From an uncultured virus (IMG/VR IMGVR_UViG_3300001348_000010) (taxonomy: Duplodnaviria; Heunggongvirae; Uroviricota; Caudoviricetes): 20,000 bases of DNA. Positions 9,001-16,083 of this stretch are shown one piece after another. Each line of letters begins with the position of its first letter. Within the stretch, counting starts at the first letter, position 1. The DNA is taken from IMG/VR virus record IMGVR_UViG_3300001348_000010, positions 52,342-72,341 of that record. One strand, given 5' to 3'. Position numbers and translations under genes: made by a program. The notes under the pieces were generated by a model. That model was not told the DNA's origin. It searched no databases and saw nothing but the letters and a program-made list of their open reading frames with translations.

Positions 9001-11061
9001 GCATTTATTCCGTTTATGCGGTCTAGGAAAGTTAGTTTCCGCGCTCAAGGTCTTAAACCTAATACTCAAGTTTTTGCTTTCTTCAATAACAAATCAGTTG
9101 CTGATTGGGTAAGATCAGAAGCATTTACTAGATTTGCCACTACTACTGATGATTTTGGTAATAGACATAATAGAGCAACTCAACATCCTGATGGCAAGTC
9201 AACACTAGTAACTGATGCTACAGGTTCTGTTACTGGTTCATTCTTTATTCCATCCACAGACGCAATTAAGTTTAGAACTGGTGTACGTGAGTTTAAACTA
9301 CTTGATATTAGTGTACCTAAAGATGAGAATGCAACATCAATTGCAAAAGAACCTTTTTCATCAACAGGTGTATTAGAAACTAGACAGTCAACATTTACAA
9401 CAACTAGAGTGCTAACTATATCAGCTCCGCCACCACCTGTTGCTCCACGGAGACGTAGACGCCGTAGGTCAGGTCTAACACCTGATCCTCAGTTGGACCC
9501 AAGGAATCAAACCCGCAAAGATCCTTTGGCTCAGACATTCTTTATTGATGAAAATGATGGTTTGTTTATAACTAGAGTTGGTGTTAGGTTCCAAACTAAA
9601 GATACAACAGTTCCTGTGATGATGCAAATTAGATCAACTGTAAATGGTGTTCCATCATCAGATGAGATTATACCTAATGGAGTTAAGGTTCTTCTACCCG
9701 GTTCTATTACAACATCAGCTGATGCTAGTGCAGTAACTTACTTTGAGTTTGATGAACCAGTTTACTTGAACGGCAACATGGAATATTCTATTGTTCTACT
9801 TGCTAATTCTATAAATTATAATGTATATGTAGCAAAATCTGGTGATTTAAAACTTAATTCAACAGAACTAAGAGTTACTAAACAGCCTACACTAGGTTCA
9901 TTGTTTAAATCTCAGAATAGTAGGACTTGGTCGGCAGATCAAGAAAGAGATTTAACATTCACTATTGATTGTGCTGAATTTATTTCAGCAACCGGATATG
10001 TTACATTACAAAATGCGCCCATTCCACCAATCTTATTGGCTAGTAATTCATTAGATGCTACAAACACAAGTGGCACAGTTAAGGTTCTTGCATTTGGTCA
10101 CGGGTTTACAGTAGGCGACTCGGTAACAATAGCAAATGCTACAACGTTTGGTGGAATAGCTGCAGCTAATATTAATGGTACAAGAGCAGTCACTAAAGTA
10201 GATGGTACAGGCTTTGAGTTTGTGGCAGGTGCATCAGATGTTGCTTCAGCTACTATAGCTGGTGGTGGGGATGCTATTACAATAACAAGAAATATTATGA
10301 TGGATACAGTAGTTCCTTATGTTGAAACACTTTCACCTCCACAGACTTTAATATCACACTCAGCTAAATTTACATCAGGTAAATCATTTGCTGGATCTGA
10401 AACTGCTTATATTCCAGATAGTAGTTATCAAACCATAGCAAATAGAGATAATAATAACTTTACTCAACCTAAGGTGATTGCTTCAAGTGCTAATGAAACT
10501 GCTTCTTTATCAGGTAATAAATCGTTAACATATAAAATTGATTTACAGACACAAACTAACTTAGTTGCACCAGTAGTTGATCTTCAACGTGCTTCTATAA
10601 CAGCTATAAACAATTTAGTTGATCAACAAGTTGCAAGTGGTAGTGGTGGTAATATTCCAATAGAATATATTGCAGAAACAAATCCAACTGGTGGTTCACA
10701 TCTAACTAAGCATATTACACAACCGGTATCTCTCGATGAGTCAGCTGTTGGTTTAAAAATACTAATTGGTGCAAATAGACCATCTGCAGCAAGCTTTGAT
10801 GTTTACTATAGAACAAATGCTTCAGATACAGCAGCGGCAGGTAACTTACTTGACTCAACTTGGATATTAGCTACACTTGAAACTGAAATGCCTTCAGACG
10901 AAAATATTAATGTATTCAGAGAGTACAGATACTTAGTAGGCGGTGATGACGGAACTATGGATGCTTTCTCACAATTCCAAGCTAAGATAGTATTAAAATC
11001 AACCAATACATCAAGACCTCCAGTCATACAAGACTTGAGAATGATTGCATTGAGTGTATAA
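6022..11061 (+). CDS. Large virion structural protein, DUF4815/VrlC-like
   Basis: 1679 aa with N-terminal YKDDF....NYHRILF..GRALQARELTQLQT, APGADRY, KRFTMKDIGKLENRI, KSGFFVDNF, NINPFAV, PFMRSR and DPLAQTF motifs typical of this myovirus family. Confidence 0.85.
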   Translation: MAIDFTKNIFASTYKDDFADSDNYHRILFNNGRALQARELTQLQTITQSEISRMGRHLFREGAAVNPGGTTINNKYEFIKLTGELPSSSIIGTQFTSASNSIIVEVLETVARVSDLEPATIYVKYVSTSGGTSGSTPVRVSASDTLSGGDETLTVQSTNTVANPATGTGTRVSIHAGDFFAIDRFVFAREQSMILSKYTSDPEAVIGFKVTQDIVSVNDFPALYDNSGATPNVSAPGADRYRIRLDIADKANVAADENFVYVAKVVDGIVVTQVDGTDSYNKIEDRMAIRTSEESGDYIAKRFSVSFDTSDSDESILDFDITPGIAYVDGYRAVINSPLKLSVSKPRTTITENNNVTAAAYGQYVTVSANKGLPNINTFAQINLYPNTAGTGALIGTARVRAVEEDGSNYRVYLFDVQIASGKNKRNTKSLGTGSTDYMTLVLENSKAVFKDEGSTSLLFPVPGNRPKVITDISLVTQRYRTAVISGGAGSITLTATGETFADTSXWIAAQADSDIDTGFTANGSGTTASALGGVTDGTYEILTYVNKAAGTVRTKSLTEVTETITPDGSGNLNFTKADISSIVRVTLADSDGADLTTSYDLDNGQRDFAYLNGRMVKKAGVTQTADVFVRYKHFTHGASGDFFAVNSYTGQTNYEDIPSYTQSNGTTVSLRNVLDFRSSVNSSGNFGSGAKINEMPKNTGLITFDAEYYLGKKVRVTIDKNSFVDAISGAASVNPQLPPAPNNSLDLFHVDMNPYTVSDTDITSTTIRAKRFTMKDIGKLENRIDKVEEATSLSLLELDTASFNVLDATSNNRTKSGFFVDNFADQSRSYMSADYNAAIDPEAKIMRPWFQEANLRMIYDSDQSSNTILKGDSVYLKHDNINYVDQPLATEAMNINPFAVILNEGFIDLSPSSDEWTAVDRLPDRVEDGGSRLVNNGALLWNTWRWNWIGRNDTPTEDLATRDAARTSILAVNRVVASETVREFVNDRILDVAFIPFMRSRKVSFRAQGLKPNTQVFAFFNNKSVADWVRSEAFTRFATTTDDFGNRHNRATQHPDGKSTLVTDATGSVTGSFFIPSTDAIKFRTGVREFKLLDISVPKDENATSIAKEPFSSTGVLETRQSTFTTTRVLTISAPPPPVAPRRRRRRRSGLTPDPQLDPRNQTRKDPLAQTFFIDENDGLFITRVGVRFQTKDTTVPVMMQIRSTVNGVPSSDEIIPNGVKVLLPGSITTSADASAVTYFEFDEPVYLNGNMEYSIVLLANSINYNVYVAKSGDLKLNSTELRVTKQPTLGSLFKSQNSRTWSADQERDLTFTIDCAEFISATGYVTLQNAPIPPILLASNSLDATNTSGTVKVLAFGHGFTVGDSVTIANATTFGGIAAANINGTRAVTKVDGTGFEFVAGASDVASATIAGGGDAITITRNIMMDTVVPYVETLSPPQTLISHSAKFTSGKSFAGSETAYIPDSSYQTIANRDNNNFTQPKVIASSANETASLSGNKSLTYKIDLQTQTNLVAPVVDLQRASITAINNLVDQQVASGSGGNIPIEYIAETNPTGGSHLTKHITQPVSLDESAVGLKILIGANRPSAASFDVYYRTNASDTAAAGNLLDSTWILATLETEMPSDENINVFREYRYLVGGDDGTMDAFSQFQAKIVLKSTNTSRPPVIQDLRMIALSV

Positions 11062-11279
11062 TGATAAAAGTTAATGGGCACCCAAATTTAGTTAGAGATC
11101 CAAATTCGGGTGCTATTTTGAATATAAATAAAGATGAGATTACTTCAGCACGAGCAAGAAAGATAGCCCGTGCTGAAAAAGAATTAGAAGAACAACAACT
11201 GAAAGCAGATGTACTAAGTTTAAAAAATGAGATTAGTGACATTAAACAACTGTTGGCTCAAATTGTAGAGAAAATTTAA
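11061..11279 (+). CDS. Small conserved phage protein with a C-terminal coiled coil
   Basis: 72 aa with a TAATG stop/start overlap with the upstream gene. The N-terminus is KVNGHPNLVRD.NSGAILN and the C-terminus has the heptad pattern LKADVLSLKNEISDIKQLL. Confidence 0.8.
   Translation: MIKVNGHPNLVRDPNSGAILNINKDEITSARARKIARAEKELEEQQLKADVLSLKNEISDIKQLLAQIVEKI
11123..11130 (+). promoter_or_regulatory. Possible internal late promoter TATAAATA for the fibre gene
   Basis: Exact TATAAATA inside the 72-aa gene, about 150 nt upstream of the 11280 ATG. The 13-mer TATAAATAAAGAT is identical to 3629-3641. Confidence 0.45.
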
Positions 11280-13052
11280 ATGGCAAGAACACACGTAAAT
11301 GTAACAGATCATATTTTAGATATGAAGAACAAAGTCAACGAAATCTCATATGATGTCGGTGACATAGCTCTTATATCAACATCGGGACAAGATAGTGATG
11401 TAGTTCAAGCTATTAACTCACTTGACTCAGATATTGGTGGAATTGCTAATCTTACAACAATAGACAAGTCTAGTATTAAAGCGGCTATCAATGAGCTAGA
11501 TGCTGAGATTGGTGCAGATACTCTAACAACTAGTGCATCTACAGTAAAAGGTGCTATTAATGAACATGAAGTTCAAATCAATAATACAGATAGTGATATT
11601 GGTACTAGAACTAATCTAACTACAGATGCAGATCAAAACCTTGTAGTTGCTATAAATGAAGTAGATACTAATGCGAATACCGCAAATGCAACCGCAAATG
11701 CAAATACAGTTAAGCTTGGTACAATCACATCTGGTGCTATGGGCACTTCTGCTGGTACAGTAGGTCCAGCTATAAGCGAACTTCATACCGAAATAACATC
11801 CGCTACATCAAATATAGGCGCTTTAAATTCATTAACCACAACAAACAAAAGTAATTTAGTTGCAGCTGTTAGTGAAGTAAACGGCTTACTTATAGATTCG
11901 GCTATGATTAAAAATATATTCAGTGCCACTAATACGGGAACTGGTTATGGTGCACTTACATATGGTAACAATGGTGTTTATTCACTGGCCAAAGTAACTA
12001 ATACTAATATCAGAAGTGCTATATCTGCAGGCGAAGGTATAGACATTGCAAGTGGTGTTATCTCAGGTGAGCTTGCTTCTTATACTAATATAGGTATTGC
12101 AAAATTTGACTCAGATGGTTTCACAGTTAATAATGGCGAAGTCTTTATTAAAGCAAATGGTATTTCAGCCACTCAAATTTTAGATGGTGCTGTTACTACT
12201 GTTAAAATAGCAGACAATGCGGTCACTACTGCTAAGATTTTAAATGGTAATGTTACTACTGCTAAAATAGTAGACAATGCGGTTACTGCTGGTAAGATTT
12301 TAAATGGTAATGTTACTACTGCTAAAATAGCAGACGATGCTGTAACATACGCAAAGTTACAAAACTTAGTAACAGCTAATAGAGTATTAGGATCAACTAG
12401 TACTGGATTAATAGGCGAGACACAAGTACAGACTGCAATGATAGCAACTAATGCGGTCACTACTGCTAAGATTTTAAATAGTAATGTTACTACTGCTAAA
12501 ATAGCAGATGTTGCTGTTACAGCTGCCAAGATAGCAACTAATGCTGTTACAGCTACTAAAATTTCATCAAGTGCAGTAACTACAGATAAGATAGCAGCTG
12601 ATGCTGTAACATATGCTAAACTACAAAACTTAGTAACAGCTAATAGAGTATTAGGATCAACTTCAACTGGAGTAATAGGTGAGACTCTAATACAAAATGC
12701 AATGATTGCTCCAGATGCAGTAACTGGTAGTAAGATACCTGATAATGCTATTAACTCAGAACACTATGCAGCAGGCTCAATTGATCCAGAACATCTTGCA
12801 AGTAATGCAGTAACGGAAATTAAGATTGCTAGTAATGCTGTTACTTCTGGTAAGATTGCAGCAGATGCTGTTAATGGGACAAAGATTGCTGATAATGCAA
12901 TTAACTCTGAGCATTATGCAGCTGGTTCAATTGATAATGAACATATTGCTAATGATGCGGTTGGTGCAGATGAATTAAAAAGTGTTGTTTCTTTAATAAT
13001 ATATAACAGTGCAGGTACAGCATTAAAGACATTGTATGGTGCAGGAAGCTAA
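11280..13052 (+). CDS. Fibre/fibritin-like virion protein with N-terminal segmented coiled-coil repeats and C-terminal decapeptide (AVTxAKIAxx) repeats
   Basis: 590 aa, rich in A/T/S/N. The first ~200 aa carry repeated LTT.....V.AINE(L)...IG units, and VTTAKI(A/L) units run from about aa 300 to the end. Position after the baseplate genes resembles T4 wac. Confidence 0.7.
   Translation: MARTHVNVTDHILDMKNKVNEISYDVGDIALISTSGQDSDVVQAINSLDSDIGGIANLTTIDKSSIKAAINELDAEIGADTLTTSASTVKGAINEHEVQINNTDSDIGTRTNLTTDADQNLVVAINEVDTNANTANATANANTVKLGTITSGAMGTSAGTVGPAISELHTEITSATSNIGALNSLTTTNKSNLVAAVSEVNGLLIDSAMIKNIFSATNTGTGYGALTYGNNGVYSLAKVTNTNIRSAISAGEGIDIASGVISGELASYTNIGIAKFDSDGFTVNNGEVFIKANGISATQILDGAVTTVKIADNAVTTAKILNGNVTTAKIVDNAVTAGKILNGNVTTAKIADDAVTYAKLQNLVTANRVLGSTSTGLIGETQVQTAMIATNAVTTAKILNSNVTTAKIADVAVTAAKIATNAVTATKISSSAVTTDKIAADAVTYAKLQNLVTANRVLGSTSTGVIGETLIQNAMIAPDAVTGSKIPDNAINSEHYAAGSIDPEHLASNAVTEIKIASNAVTSGKIAADAVNGTKIADNAINSEHYAAGSIDNEHIANDAVGADELKSVVSLIIYNSAGTALKTLYGAGS
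12175..12345 (+). repeat. Coding tandem repeat with a 60-bp (2 x 30-bp) period
   Basis: Lines starting at 12181, 12241 and 12301 align in register; taaatggtaatgttactactgctaaaatag is identical at 12241 and 12301. A further copy occurs near 12450-12510. Confidence 0.9.
12336..12690 (+). repeat. Duplicated DAVTYAKLQNLVTANRVLGSTSTG block, copies 264 bp apart
   Basis: A 41-bp exact match lies at 12358-12398 and 12622-12662; flanking differences are mostly synonymous. Confidence 0.9.
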
Positions 13053-13056
13053 TTAG

Positions 13057-13983
13057 ATGACGGTTAGAACACCACTCATACTTGATGGGTCGAACAATCT
13101 CATAGAGATGACGACAGCTCAGATAAACGCAGTTAAAGATAGATGCCGGTATTTGTACGGAACATCTCCATCTGTTACGCTATCACGTGTTGCGTCTGGT
13201 GGTAACAGAGGAAGCATTTCTGACACTCGTAAACAAGCTGGTGCTATGTCGACAAGCACAACATCATTACCGACTGAAGCAACCACGGCAGAACCGTCCA
13301 CAGTTACAGTTAACCGTGCTCACATTTCTGAAAGTAGAGTAGATACAACCGCTAGTGTTGATACTAATAGTGTTGCCTTTCCTGTATATCAAACAAGCGG
13401 TAACATTCGATCAATGTCTTTAACGGATATTTATGATACATTCATTTACCCTGCTATAGATACTCTTACAAGTGCTGCCGGTCAACCAGGAACATATTAT
13501 ATTCACACAGGGACATCACTTTCTGGATATACTGCAGTATCAAGTAGCATAGTTTACGCAGACACAAGAGCTAACACAGGAGCTTATACAGCAGGTGGTA
13601 TTGGTGAAACATTAGATCAGCCTACTACTATTACAAATTACTATCTTTTAAAGGCCAATAATATTTCTGCTCCTTCTATGGCACAAATGTTATTTATTAG
13701 AAACTCAGATAAAAATTTAGAGCAATACACACAAGCAGAAATGGATGCATGGTTAAAAAACTGTATGAGACATGCCGCTTCTGAAATAACTGGTACTAGA
13801 ATATCATATAACCTTAACGGATCTGGCATAAACTTAGGATCTGGTATGGCAAACACTATTCTAAATGGATCTGGTAACTACCAAACACGTTACGTTGGTC
13901 TTGATGACTATCGTGCGCAAGAATTCCCTAACGGTTCAGCAGTAACCGCGGCAACCCACAGATTAAGAATGACGCAGGTATAG
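13057..13983 (+). CDS. Hypothetical T/S/G-rich protein, probably virion structural, with three ~103-aa internal repeats
   Basis: 308 aa, 4 nt downstream of the fibre gene, with a composition like structural proteins. No family confidently recognised. Confidence 0.75.
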   Translation: MTVRTPLILDGSNNLIEMTTAQINAVKDRCRYLYGTSPSVTLSRVASGGNRGSISDTRKQAGAMSTSTTSLPTEATTAEPSTVTVNRAHISESRVDTTASVDTNSVAFPVYQTSGNIRSMSLTDIYDTFIYPAIDTLTSAAGQPGTYYIHTGTSLSGYTAVSSSIVYADTRANTGAYTAGGIGETLDQPTTITNYYLLKANNISAPSMAQMLFIRNSDKNLEQYTQAEMDAWLKNCMRHAASEITGTRISYNLNGSGINLGSGMANTILNGSGNYQTRYVGLDDYRAQEFPNGSAVTAATHRLRMTQV

Positions 13984-13985
13984 AA

Positions 13986-14495
13986 ATGACAATACACAAT
14001 TTAGAAATTAGCACAGCACACTTCACTAATAATGAACGTACAGAGATTGAGGTAATACTTTTTGCTGAAGAATCTACTGAAGATGATGTAGTTCTTATTC
14101 CTTATAACATTGAAGCTAAAGATGGTGATGCTGATTACGAATGGCTAATTAGTAAGATCAACATTGATCAGGTTCATGAAAACACCTTTAATAAGTTCCG
14201 CAAAGAGAACGAACAATATAAAGAGAATATTGTAGCTGTCGGTAAAGAGATGGGGCTCATCTTTGATAATAATGGAGTAAACAGTAATCTATATGAAGCA
14301 CTTGTAGATACTTTGTTTGAGCCATTTATCGAAAAAGACATGAAAGAAAAACTATTTGTAATGAAACTTAAACTCTTTGAAGTAGAGGCTATTAAGTCTA
14401 GTAAAAATAGAGAACTAAAAGCTAAACTGAGAAAGTCAAAAGACTTCTTATCAGCTATTAAGTATGCAACAATGATTGCACTACCCGAAGAATAG
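13986..14495 (+). CDS. Hypothetical protein (possible fibre assembly chaperone)
   Basis: 169 aa with an acidic N-half and a basic helical C-half. It is the last gene of the structural run; function inferred from position only. Confidence 0.7.
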   Translation: MTIHNLEISTAHFTNNERTEIEVILFAEESTEDDVVLIPYNIEAKDGDADYEWLISKINIDQVHENTFNKFRKENEQYKENIVAVGKEMGLIFDNNGVNSNLYEALVDTLFEPFIEKDMKEKLFVMKLKLFEVEAIKSSKNRELKAKLRKSKDFLSAIKYATMIALPEE

Positions 14496-15257
14496 ATCAA
14501 ATTTCTTATGAACAAAATGTAATAGATGTGCCGCAGAAGTCATGTTCTGCTCATTATGATCTAGTATAAAATTCCAAGGCATTCCAATATTAGTAAATGG
14601 TACGTTGTATTTCTCTATTATATAAGAGAATATAACTTCGTTGTTTAACACCCAATTCTTAGAGATTTGTTCTGGATAAAGATTATCTTCCAACGAATCA
14701 TTAAATGTACATACAGCTTCTATTGATCTCTCAGCAAAATTAAGATTACGAACACAGTCTGAATTCATTACAACTACGGCTGTATTGATACAACTCTGAG
14801 TACCATTTATATCATGTAATAGTAACATGGCTTTTTTATTATGAGCCTTTGTATACATATCCATGGAGTGCCATTCAAAGTTATCATTAAACCTCTCACG
14901 CAATTGTTCATTATCTATATCCGCAACTTCTATATTAAATGCACATACTTTGTTTAAATCAAATCTTTCAAAGATGTTTACTGTAGTGTTAGGTATTACA
15001 TCAAAGTCTATGTACATTATCTCATCATAATCTTTAGCTAGTCTCTCAAACGAGTTTAGCTTTTCAAATTGAACTTCGATATAGTCAGTTGAAGTAGGCT
15101 TTATAAGCAGATAGTCTGCACCCACAATGTTAGCATACTCTCTATGCTTCTGCTCTAGTTGATCTGCATACTTAATAAACTGTTCTCTTTTAAATGAGGG
15201 AACAGATTCATGATCAGCAAGATCATTTCTATATAAGCTGAATATTATTCTTTTCAC
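14481..15257 (-). CDS. GT-A fold glycosyltransferase-like protein (DxD), paralog 2
   Basis: 258 aa, GTG start. Motifs YANIVGADY, FEKL, YDEIMYIDFDVIP (DxD), INTAVV, NNEVIF and WNF...LLHFV follow the GT8/GT34-like motif order. Confidence 0.75.
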   Translation of the reverse strand: MKRIIFSLYRNDLADHESVPSFKREQFIKYADQLEQKHREYANIVGADYLLIKPTSTDYIEVQFEKLNSFERLAKDYDEIMYIDFDVIPNTTVNIFERFDLNKVCAFNIEVADIDNEQLRERFNDNFEWHSMDMYTKAHNKKAMLLLHDINGTQSCINTAVVVMNSDCVRNLNFAERSIEAVCTFNDSLEDNLYPEQISKNWVLNNEVIFSYIIEKYNVPFTNIGMPWNFILDHNEQNMTSAAHLLHFVHKKFDLFFG

Positions 15258-16083
15258 ACCATTGCCTTACATAGTCAAAGTCTTTACTCACACAATGAAT
15301 AAACTTTGCATTCTTTGTTATATAACTCCATTTATCCATAAAGAAGTGCCACTGTTCTCCTAAGACTTGATACTCGACTTCATTCATATAAGTCTTATAT
15401 CCCCATATAGTTTCGTTATCATATCCAAACATATAACTTATAGACTCAGGGTAGAAATCTGGATCTGATATCATATTAGACATTAGGTCTAGTGTTTCTT
15501 NAAAGTTATCAAAGTANCCTAACTTATCTAAGTGTTCTTTTCTTGCACCTACTATTGCTGTATTAAATACATCTGGCTCATCTACACTCATTCCGCTTTC
15601 AGCAAGCATACACCTACTGTTCCACATCTTAGCCATAGGTGATCTTACATGGTGTGTATAGTTATGAGTCTGTAGTTTGTTTATAGGTAGTTGTCCTGTG
15701 GCAGTACCCGTCATAATAGCGATACCTTTTGACAAATCAATCTCTTCAAAGAAGTTAAGATCGGTGACAGGTATAACGTCTATGTCTAGGTATAGCACCT
15801 CATCATAATCTTCTAAAAGATCAACGAGTAAACGTATCTTCCAAAAATTAACTATATTATAATATGAGATGTCTGGATAGTTATCTTGAAACCATTTAAC
15901 ATAGTTATCGAAGGGTTTATCTTTAACAAAGTGTCTGTACTCAACACTAATTGAATCAGCATATCTTTGTTGACTTGCTAGTAACCATTCGTAGTTATCA
16001 GCAAACTTGTCCTTAGACTCATGATGAGATACAAGTTTTTCTTTAGGTATATCTATGTAGAAACTATATATAACCCTACGCAT
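15229..16083 (-). CDS. GT-A fold glycosyltransferase-like protein (DxD), paralog 1
   Basis: 284 aa with YADSISVEY, FWKI, YDEVLYLDIDVIP (DxD), FNTAIV, DNETIW and WHF...FIHCV motifs; colinear with the downstream paralog. Confidence 0.75.
   Translation of the reverse strand: MRRVIYSFYIDIPKEKLVSHHESKDKFADNYEWLLASQQRYADSISVEYRHFVKDKPFDNYVKWFQDNYPDISYYNIVNFWKIRLLVDLLEDYDEVLYLDIDVIPVTDLNFFEEIDLSKGIAIMTGTATGQLPINKLQTHNYTHHVRSPMAKMWNSRCMLAESGMSVDEPDVFNTAIVGARKEHLDKLXYFDNFXETLDLMSNMISDPDFYPESISYMFGYDNETIWGYKTYMNEVEYQVLGEQWHFFMDKWSYITKNAKFIHCVSKDFDYVRQWCEKNNIQLI

Noticed and set aside
9448..9468. Poly-Arg run as a eukaryotic nuclear localisation signal or Tat signal
   Set aside because: The context is a bacteriophage, the run is internal to the protein, and no hydrophobic signal region follows.
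6022..11061. Intein or intron in the 1679-aa gene
   Set aside because: The ORF is continuous, with no C...HN-C/S/T splice pattern and no LAGLIDADG/HNH motifs seen.
8664..11658. Near-match late promoters (TATAAATT near 8664 and 9810, TATAAATG at 11651)
   Set aside because: They are imperfect, intragenic and expected by chance in AT-rich DNA.
12175..12960. Repeats as a CRISPR array or a DGR template/variable-repeat pair
   Set aside because: The repeats are in frame, with periods that are multiples of 3 and mostly synonymous differences that are not adenine-specific. There are no unique spacers, and no cas or reverse transcriptase gene in the window.
13057..13330. Apparently higher CG dinucleotide density at the start of the 308-aa gene as a sign of horizontal acquisition
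   Set aside because: This is a by-eye impression over a short stretch and cannot be supported without computing composition.
451..14515. Short antisense and alternate-frame ORFs within structural genes (e.g. 4111-4605, 12173-12529, 14174-14515, 2096-2293, 4868-5134)
   Set aside because: They are shadows of well-supported genes with biased codon usage and show no recognisable motifs.
7538..15517. Ambiguous bases at 7538-7539, 15501 and 15517
   Set aside because: Reading frames are preserved, so these are most likely assembly or population polymorphism rather than frameshifts or pseudogenes.
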